DNA from: Ranitomeya imitator
Taxonomy: Eukaryota
DNA length: 64,000 nucleotides
Assembly (NCBI RefSeq): GCF_032444005.1
Contig: NC_091291.1
Span: forward strand, 29,822,001-29,886,000
Direction: 5' to 3'
Position numbers and translations under genes: made by a program. Below the pieces are notes generated by a model. The model had not been told where the DNA came from and did not search any database. It saw only the letters and a program-made list of their open reading frames with translations. This document shows positions 1 to 9,104 of this stretch, in pieces; position 1 is the first letter of the stretch; the number at the start of each line of letters is the position of its first letter.

Positions 1-3000
1 GTCCTCTCTCTCCTGTAGAGTGTAAGCTCTTATGGTCAGCGGAGTCCTCTCTCTCCTGTAGAGTGTAAGCTCTTATGGTCAGCGGGGTCCTCTCTCTCCT
101 GTAGAGTGTAAGCTCTTATGGTCAGCGGAGTCCTCTCTCTCCTGTAGAGTGTAAGCTCTTATGGTCAGTAGGGTCCTCTCTCTCCTGTAGAGTGTAAGCT
201 CTTATGGTCAGTGGGGTCCTCTCTCTCCTGTAGAGTGTAAGCTCTTATGGTCAGTGGGGTCCTCTCTCTCCTGTAGAGTGTAAGCTCTTATGGTCAGTGG
301 GGTCCTCTCTCTCCTGTAGAGTGTAAGCTCTTATGGTCAGTGGGGTCTTCTCTCTCCTGTAGAGTGTAAGCTCTTATGGTCAGTGGGGTCCTCTCTCTCC
401 TGTAGAGTGTAAGCTCTTATGGTCAGTGGGGTCCTCTCTCTCTCCTGTAGAGTGTAAGCTCTTATGGTCAGTGGGGTCCTCTCTCTCTCCTGTAGAGTGT
501 AAGCTCTTATGGTCAGTGGGGTCCTCTCTCTCCTGTAGAGTGTAAGATCTTATGGTCAGTGGGGTCTTCTCTCTCCTGTAGAGTGTAAGCTCTTATGGTC
601 AGCGGGGTCCTCTCTCCTGTAGAGTGTAAGCTCTTATGATCAGTGGGTCCTCTCTCTCCTGTAGAGTGTAAGCTCTTATGATCAGTGGGGTCCTCTCTCT
701 CCTGTAGAGTGTAAGCTCTTATGATCAGTGGGGTCCTCTCTCTCCTGTAGAGTGTAAGCTCTTATGATCAGTGGGTCCTCTCTCTCCTGTAGAGTGTAAG
801 CTCTTATGGTCAGTGGGGTCCTCTCTCTCTCCTGTAGAGTGTAAGCTCTTATGGTCAGTGGGGTCCTCTCTCTCTCCTGTAGAGTGTAAGCTCTTATGAT
901 CAGTGGGTCCTCTCTCTCCTGTAGAGTGTAAGCTCTTATGGTCAGTGGGGTCCTCTCTCTCCTGTAGAGTGTAAGCTCTTATGGTCAGTGGGGTCTTCTC
1001 TCTCCTGTAGAGTGTAAGCTCTTATGGTCAGTGGGGTCCTCTCTCTCTCCTGTAGAGTGTAAGCTCTTATGGTCAGTGGGGTCTTCTCTCTCCTGTAGAG
1101 TGTAAGCTCTTATGGTCAGTGGGGTCCTCTCTCTCTCCTGTAGAGTGTAAGCTCTTATGGTCAGTGGGGTCCTCTCTCTCCTGTAGAGTGTAAGCTCTTA
1201 TGGTCAGCAGGGTTTTCTCTCTCCTGTAGAGTGTAAGCTCTTATGGTCAGTGGGGTCCTCTCTCTCCTGTAGAGTGTAAGCTCTTATGGTCAGTGGGGTC
1301 TTCTCTCTCCTGTAGAGTGTAAGCTCTTATGATCAGTGGGGTCCTCTCTCTCCTGTAGAGTGTAAGCTCTTATGATCAGTGGGGTCCTCTCTCTCCTGTA
1401 GTGTAAGCTCTTATGGTCAGTGGGGTCCTCTCTCTCCTGTAGAGTGTAAGATCTTATGGTCAGTGGGGTCTTCTCTCTCCTGTAGAGTGTAAGCTCTTAT
1501 GATCAGTGGGGTCCTCTCTCTCCTGTAGAGTGTAAGCTCTTATGATCAGTGGGGTCCTCTCTCTCCTGTAGAGTGTAAGCTCTTATGGTCAGTGGGGTCT
1601 TCTCTCTCCTGTAGAGTGTAAGTTCTTATGGTCAGTGGGGTCTTCTCTCTCCTGTAGAGTGTAAGTTCTTATGGTCAGTGGGGTCTTCTCTCTCCTGTAG
1701 AGTGTAAGCTCTTATGATCAGTGGGGTCCTCTCTCTCCTGTAGAGTGTAAGCTCTTATGGTCAGTGGGGTCCTCTCTCTCTCCTGTAGAGTGTAAGCTCT
1801 TATGGTCAGTGGGGTCCTCTCTCTCCTGTAGAGTGTAAGCTCTTATGATCAGTGGGGTCCTCTCTCTCCTGTAGAGTGTAAGCTCTTATGGTCAGTGGGG
1901 TCCTCTCTCTCCTGTAGAGTGTAAGCTCTTATGATTAGTGGGGTCTTCTCTCTCCTGTAGAGTGTAAGCTCTTATGGTCAGTGGGGTCCTCTCTCTCCTG
2001 TAGAGTGTAAGCTCTTATGGTCAGTGTGGTCCTCTCTCTCTCCTGTAGAGTGTAAGCTCTTATGGTCAGTGGGGTCCTCTCTCTCCTGTAGAGTGTAAGC
2101 TCTTATGGTCAGTGGGGTCTTCTCTCTCCTGTAGAGTGTAAGCTCTTATGATCAGTGGGGTCTTCTCTCTCCTGTAGAGTGTAAGATCTTATGATCAGTG
2201 GGGTCCTCTCTCTCTCTCCTGTAGAGTGTAAGCTCTTATGGTCAGTGTGGTCCTCTCTCTCCTGTAGAGTGTAAGCTCTTATGGTCAGTGGGGTCCTCTC
2301 TCTTCTGTAGAGTGTAAGCTCTTATGGTCAGTGGGGTCCTCTCTCTCCTGTAGAGTGTAAGCTCTTATGGTCAGTGGGGTCCTCTCTCTCTCCTGTAGAG
2401 TGTAAGCTCTTATGGTCAGTGTGGTCCTCTCTCTCCTGTAGAGTGTAAGCTCTTATGGTCAGTGGGGTCCTCTCTCTCCTGTAGAGTGTAAGCTCTTATG
2501 GTCAGTGGGGTCCTCTCTCTCCTGTAGAGTGTAAGCTCTTATGGTCAGTGGGGTCTTCTCTCTCCTGTAGAGTATAAGCTCTTATGGTCAGTGGGGTCCT
2601 CTCTCTCCTGTAGAGTATAAGTTCTTATGGTCAGTGGGGTCCTCTCTCTCTCTCCTGTAGAGTGTAAGCTCTTATGGTCAGTGGGGTCCTCTCTCTCCTG
2701 TAGAGTGTAAGCTCTTATGGTCAGTGGGGTCCTCTCTCTCTCCTGTAGAGTATAAGCTCTTATGGTCAGTGGGGTCCTCTCTCTCCTGTAGAGTGTAAGC
2801 TCTTATGGTCAGCGGGGTCCTCTCTGTCCTGTAGAGTGTAAGCTCTTATGGTCAGCGGGGTCCTCTCTGTCCTGTAGAGTGTAAGCTCTTATGGTCAGTG
2901 GGGTCCTCTCTCTCCTGTAGAGTGTAAGCTCTTATGGTCAGTGGGGTCTTCTCTCTCCTGTAGAGTGTAAGCTCTTATGGTCAGTGGGGTCTTCTCTCTC

Positions 3001-5563
3001 CTGTAGAGTGTAAGCTCTTATGGTCAGTGGGGTCCTCTCTCTCTCCTGTAGAGTGTAAGCTCTTATGGTCAGTGGGGTCCTCTCTCTCTCCTGTAGAGTG
3101 TAAGCTCTTATGGTCAGTGGGGTCCTCTCTCTCCTGTAGAGTGTAAGCTCTTATGGTCAGTGGGGTCCTCTCTCTCCTGTAGAGTGTAAGCTCTTATGGT
3201 CAGTGGGGTCTTCTCTCTCCTGTAGAGTGTAAGCTCTTATGGTCAGTGGGGTCCTCTCTCTCTCCTGTAGAGTGTAAGCTCTTATGGTCAGTGGGGTCCT
3301 CTCTCTCTCCTGTAGAGTGTAAGCTCTTATGGTCAGTGGGGTCCTCTCTCTCCTGTAGAGTGTAAGCTCTTATGGTCAGTGGGGTCCTCTCTCTCTCCTG
3401 TAGAGTGTAAGCTCTTATGGTCAGTGGGGTCTTCTCTCTCCTGTAGAGTGTAAGCTCTTATGGTCAGTGGGGTCTTCTCTCTCCTGTAGAGTGTAAGCTC
3501 TTATGGTCAGTGGGGGTCCTCTCTCTCCTGTAGAGTGTAAGCTCTTATGGTCAGTGGGGTCTTCTCTCTCATGTAGAGTGTAAGCTCTTATGGTCAGTGG
3601 GGTCTTCTCTCTCATGTAGAGTGTAAGCTCTTATGGTCAGTGGGGTCTTCTCTCTCCTGTAGAGTGTAAGCTCTTATGGTCAGTGGGGGTCCTCTCTCTC
3701 CTGTAGAGTGTAAGCTTTTATGGTCAGTGGGGGTCCTCTCTCTCCTGTAGAGTGTAAGCTCTTATGGTCAGTGGGGTCTTGTCTCTCATGTAGAGTGTAA
3801 GCTCTTATGGTCAGTGGGGTCTTCTCTCTCCTGTAGAGTGTAAGCTCTTATGGTCAGTGGGGTCCTCTCTCTCTCCTGTAGAGTGTAAGCTCTTATGGTC
3901 AGTGGGGTCTTCTCTCTCATGTAGAGTGTAAGCTCTTATGGTCAGTGGGGTCCTCTCTCTCCTGTAGAGTGTAAGCTCTTATGGTCAGTGGGGTCTTCTC
4001 TCTCCTGTAGAGTGTAAGCTCTTATGATCAGTGGGGTCCTCTCTCTCTCCTGTAGAGTGTAAGCTCTTATGGTCAGTGGGGTCTTCTCTCTCATGTAGAG
4101 TGTAAGCTCTTATGGTCAGTGGGGTCTTCTCTCTCCTGTAGAGTGTAAGCTCTTATGGTCAGTGGGGTCCTCTCTCTCCTGTAGAGTGTAAGCTCTTATG
4201 GTCAGTGGGGTCTTCTCTCTCCTGTAGAGTGTAAGCTCTTATGGTCAGTAGGGTCCTCTCTCTCCTGTAGAGTGTAAGCTCTTATGGTCAGTGGGGGTCC
4301 TCTCTCTCCTGTAGAGTGTAAGCTCTTATGGTCAGTGGGGGTCCTCTCTCTCCTGTAGAGTGTAAGCTCTTATGGTCAGTGGGGGTCCTCTCTCTCCTGT
4401 AGAGTGTAAGCTCTTATGGTCAGTGGGGTCTTCTCTCTCCTGTAGAGTGTAAGCTCTTATGGTCAGTGGGGTCCTCTCTCTCTCCTGTAGAGTGTAAGAT
4501 CTTATGGTCAGTGGGGTCCTCTCTCTCCTGTATAGTGTAAGCTCTTATGGTCAGTGGGGTCTTCTCTCTCATGTAGAGTGTAAGCTCTTATGGTCAGTGG
4601 GGTCCTCTCTCTCCTGTAGAGTGTAAGCTCTTATGGTCAGTGGGGTCTTCTCTCTCCTGTAGAGTGTAAGCTCTTATGATCAGTGGGGTCCTCTCTCTCT
4701 CCTGTAGAGTGTAAGCTCTTATGGTCAGTGGGGTCTTCTCTCTCATGTAGAGTGTAAGCTCTTATGGTCAGTGGGGTCTTCTCTCTCCTGTAGAGTGTAA
4801 GCTCTTATGGTCAGTGGGGTCCTCTCTCTCCTGTAGAGTGTAAGGTCTTATGGTCAGTGGGGTCTTCTCTCTCCTGTAGAGTGTAAGCTCTTATGGTCAG
4901 TGGGGTCTTCTCTCTCCTGTAGAGTGTAAGCTCTTATGGTCAGTGGGGTCCTCTCTCTCCTGTAGAGTGTAAGCTCTTATGGTCAGTGGGGTCTTCTCTC
5001 TCCTGTAGAGTGTAAGCTCTTATGGTCAGTGGGGTCCTCTCCCTCCTGTAGAGTGTAAGCTCTTATGGTCAGCGGGGTCCTCTCTCTCCTGTAGAGTGTT
5101 AGCTCTTATGGTCAGTGGGGTCCTCTCTCTCCTGTAGAGTGTAAGCTCTTATGGTCAGTGGGGTCCTCTCTCTCCTGTAGAGTGTAAGCTCTTATGGTCA
5201 GTGGGGTCCTCTCTCTCCTGTAGAGTGTAAGCTCTTATGGTCAGTGGGGTCCTCTCTCTTCTGTAGAGTGTAAGCTCTTATGATCAGTGGGGTCCTCTCT
5301 CTCCTGTAGAGAGTAAGCTCTTATGATCAGTGGGGTCCTCTCTCTCTCCTGTAGAGTGTAAGCTCTTATGATCAGTGGGGTCCTCTATCTCCTGTAGAGT
5401 GTAAGCTCTTATGGTCAGTGGGGTCTTCTCTCTCCTGTAGAGTGTAAGCTCTTATGGTCAGTGGGTCCTCTATCTCCTGTAGAGTGTAAGCTCTTATGAT
5501 CAGTGGGGTCCTCTCTCTCCTGTAGAGAGTAAGCTCTTATGGTCAGTAGGGTCCTCTCTCTCC
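1..5563. repeat. Tandem minisatellite/satellite, ~43-bp unit (GTCCTCTCTCTCCTGTAGAGTGTAAGCTCTTATGGTCAGTGGG), roughly 125-130 copies, runs off the left edge
   Basis: Unit directly visible; length varies 41-47 bp through the (CT)n tract. Confidence 0.98.
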
Positions 5564-6059
5564 AAATTTATTCGCCACAATTCAAATTTTTTGTGAAAAT
5601 TCTGCAAATTTGAATTTCAAAAGATCTGCTCATCTCTTGTGAAAATATTTTTTTTATTTTTTTGAGACTGCAAATTTCTACCAGTGAAAAATCTTAAACA
5701 GAACCTGTTATACAAGTTTCCACCACTAGGTGTCACTTTATACTGGTAAATGCAGCGCAGCTCCCTTTACAGCACATTGGATCTCCGGGATTTCACACTA
5801 CTCTGTAGCCGCATCTTTCCCCAAAACCCCACTAAAAGCATCAAATTTAGAAGTTTTGGAAAATAGATAACACGTCCATTAAAGATTAATCATAACTGGG
5901 AGCAAGGTGGCAGCACGGAGTGTGGACTCACTGACTGGTTACTATGGAAACACTGCTCCCCTGTACTAAGAAATTGAACTTTGACTATTTCTGGCCCAAT
6001 GCGGCACCCGTAGTTCCGGCGGAGTGTATAAAGGCGTTGCTTGGCAACACAATTATCAT

Positions 6060-6290
6060 CTGGTGACCCGCCCCTGTCCGGCGCGTCTACACCCACACAA
6101 GACAGGCAGAAACACGTGGTCGTGTCAACGTGGCGAGCACTGACCAATGGGAAGCAAGAGCTCAGTCCAGAACTTTCTCTGACCACGCCTCTCTAGGGCG
6201 TTCCGATATTCTAATTTGCTTAGGACCCGCCCTTTCCACGCCTACTTGCTGCGAGCATTTTAAAGGGACCGCGCAGCTGAGACACAGATG
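6060..6290 (+). promoter_or_regulatory. Probable rcn3 promoter (CpG-rich; GC boxes, CCAAT box, TATA-like element)
   Basis: CCCGCCC at 6067 and 6226, CCAAT at 6144, TTTAAA at ~6259, ACGTGG/CCACG cores at 6113, 6128, 6183 and 6236; lies just upstream of a candidate non-coding exon. Confidence 0.6.
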
Positions 6291-6331
6291 CAAACTGCGA
6301 TCACTGGCAGAGGCTGGAGGAGCAGCACGAG
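6290..6331 (+). other. rcn3: Predicted non-coding exon 1 of rcn3 (5' end approximate)
   Basis: Donor GAG|GTAAAG at 6331/6332. The first coding exon is preceded by an acceptor 6 nt before the ATG, so an upstream UTR exon is required. Confidence 0.55.
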
Positions 6332-6404
6332 GTAAAGCGGCGGGTGCGGGGGGACCATCAGCTGCAGGAACGGACTCCATCCCGTGCACTCTGCTGTGCT
6401 CTCC

Positions 6405-8815
6405 CAGCATCCCCCACAGCTCTGGGCATGGCAGAACCACAACTCCCAGCATCCCCCATACACTGGGCATGGCAGAACTACATCTCCCAGCATCCCCCAT
6501 ACACTGGGCATGGCAGAACTACATCTCCCAGCATCCCCCATACACTGGGCATGGCAGGACTACATCTCCCAGCATCCCCCACAGCTCTGGGCATGGCAGG
6601 ACTACATCTCCCAGCATCCCCCACAGCTCTGGGCATGGCAGAACTACATCTCCCAGCATCCCCCACAGCTCTGGGCATGGCAGAACTACATCTCCCAGCA
6701 TCCCCCACAGCTCTGGGCATGGCAGAACCACAACTCCCAGCATCCCCCATACACTGGGCATGGCAGAACTACATCTCCCAGCATCCCCCATACACTGGGC
6801 ATGGCAGAACTACATCTCCCAGCATCCCCCCATACACTGGGCATGGCAGAACTACATCTCCCAGCATCCCCCACAGCTCTGGGCATGGCAGAACCACAAC
6901 TCCCAGCATCCCCCATACACTGGGCATGGCAGAACTACATCTCCCAGCATCCCCCACAGCTCTGGGCATGGCAGAACTACATCTCCCAGCATCCCCCACA
7001 GCTCTGGGCATGGCAGAACCACAACTCCCAGCATCCCCCATACACTGGGCATGGCAGAACTACATCTCCCAGCATCCCCCATACACTGGGCATGGCAGAA
7101 CTACATCTCCCAGCATCCCCCACAGCTTTGGGCATGGCAGAACCACAACTCCCAGCATCCCCCATACACTGGGCATGGCAGAACCACAACTCCCAGCATC
7201 CCCCATACACTGGGCATGGCAGAACTACATCTCCCAGCATCCCCCATACACTGGGCATGGCAGAACTACATCTCCCAGCATCCCCCCATACACTGGGCAT
7301 GGCAGAACTACATCTCCCAGCATCCCCCACAGCTCTGGGCATGGCAGAACTACATCTCCCAGCATCCCCCATACACTGGGCATGGCAGAACTACATCTCC
7401 CAGCATCCCCCACAGCTCTGGGCATGGCAGAACCACAACTCCCAGCATCCCCCATACACTGGGCATGGCAGAACTACAACTCCCAGCATCCCCCACAGCT
7501 CTGGGCATGGCAGAACCACAACTCCCAGCATCCCCCACAGCTCTGGGCATGGCAGAACCACAACTCCCAGCATCCCCCATACACTGGGCATGGCAGAACT
7601 ACAACTCCCAGCATCCCCCACAGCTCTGGGCATGGCAGAACTACATCTCCCAGCATCCCCCACAGCTCTGGGCATGGCAGAACCACAACTCCCAGCATCC
7701 CCCATACACTGGGCATGGCAGAACTACAACTCCCAGCATCCCCCACAGCTCTGGGCATGGCAGAACTACATCTCCCAGCATCCCCCACAGCTCTGGGCAT
7801 GGCAGAACCACAACTCCCAGCATCCCCCACAGCTCTGGGCATGGCAGAACTACATCTCCCAGCATCCCCCACAGCTCTGGGCATGGCAGAACTACATCTC
7901 CCAGCATCCCCCACAGCTCTGGGCATGGCAGAACTACATCTCCCAGCATCCCCCACAGCTCTGGGCATGGCAGAACCACAACTCCCAGCATCCCCCATAC
8001 ACTGGGCATGGCAGAACTACATCTCCCAGCATCCCCCATACACTGGGCATGGCAGAACTACATCTCCCAGCATCCCCCACAGCTCTGGCCATGGCAGAAC
8101 CACAACTCCCAGCATCCCCCATACACTGGGCATGGCAGAACTACATCTCCCAGCATCCCCCACAGCTCTGGGCATGGCAGAACTACATCTCCCAGCATCC
8201 CCCACAGCTCTGGGCATGGCAGAACCACAACTCCCAGCATCCCCCATACACTGGGCATGGCAGAACTACAACTCCCAGCATCCCCCATAGCTTTGGGCAT
8301 GGCAGAACTACATCTCCCAACATCCCCCATACACTGGGCATGGCAGAACTACAACTCCCAGCATCCCCCACAGCTCTGGGCATGGCAGAACCACAACTCC
8401 CAGCATCCCCCATACACTGGGCATGGCAGAACTACATCTCCCAACATCCCCCATAGCTCTGGGCATGGCAGAACTACATCTCCCAGCATCCCCCATACAC
8501 TGGGCATGGCAGAACTACATCTCCCAGCATCCCCCCATACACTGGGCATGGCAGAACTACAACTCCCAGCATCCCCCATAGCTCTGGGCATAGCAGGACT
8601 ACATCTCCCAGCATCCCCCATAGCTCTGGGCATAGCAGGACTACAACTCCCAGCATCCCCCATAGCTCTGGACCTTGCAGAACTACAACTCCCAGCTTAT
8701 CCTGTAGCTCTTGACCTTGCAGAACTACAATTCCCAGCCCGTCCTGTAGCTCTGGACGTGCCCTGCATCTCCCTTATGCTTTGTTGTGTCAGGACTACAG
8801 CTCCCAGCATGCTCT
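6405..8815. repeat. Tandem minisatellite, mixed 41/42-bp units (CTCCCAGCATCCCCCA[CAGCT/TACA]CTGGGCATGGCAGAAC[C/T]ACA[A/T]), ~55 copies, in predicted rcn3 intron 1
   Basis: Directly visible; degenerates toward 8650-8815. It accounts for all the repetitive ORFs from 6130 to 8663. Confidence 0.97.
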
Positions 8816-8862
8816 GTAGAGGCGGGTGGGCGCGCAGTGACTTTTGGCTTTTGCAGGGCAGA

Positions 8863-9104
8863 ATGATGCGGGCGCGCTGCTGCTGCGTCTTCTCCGTTCT
8901 CCTCGCTCTGGGGGTTTGCGCCTTGCTGGTGACGTCCAAACCGGCCCAGGAGAAGAAAGACCGCGTCCACCACGGCAAGGACCTGAGCGAGCACGCGCAC
9001 GACGACAGCAAGGACTTCCAGTACGACCACGAAGCCTTTCTGGGCAAAGAAGAGGCCAAGACGTTTGATCAGCTCACCCCCGAGGAAAGCCAGGAGCGGC
9101 TGGG
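8863..9104 (+). CDS. rcn3: rcn3 first coding exon (signal peptide + pro region)
   Basis: Acceptor TTTTGCAG ends at 8856, ATG at 8863, donor GG|GTAAGA; [27 protein letters not shown]...ERLG. Confidence 0.95.

Noticed and set aside
6110-6245. Canonical ER-stress element (CCAAT-N9-CCACG)
   Set aside because: CCAAT and CCACG/ACGTGG cores are present, but not at ERSE or ERSE-II spacing.
6162-8663. Dozens of repetitive ORFs on both strands
   Set aside because: Translations of the 41/42-bp array; no independent coding evidence.
1-8815. CRISPR-like regular repeats
   Set aside because: Head-to-tail units without unique spacers, in eukaryotic DNA; these are minisatellites.
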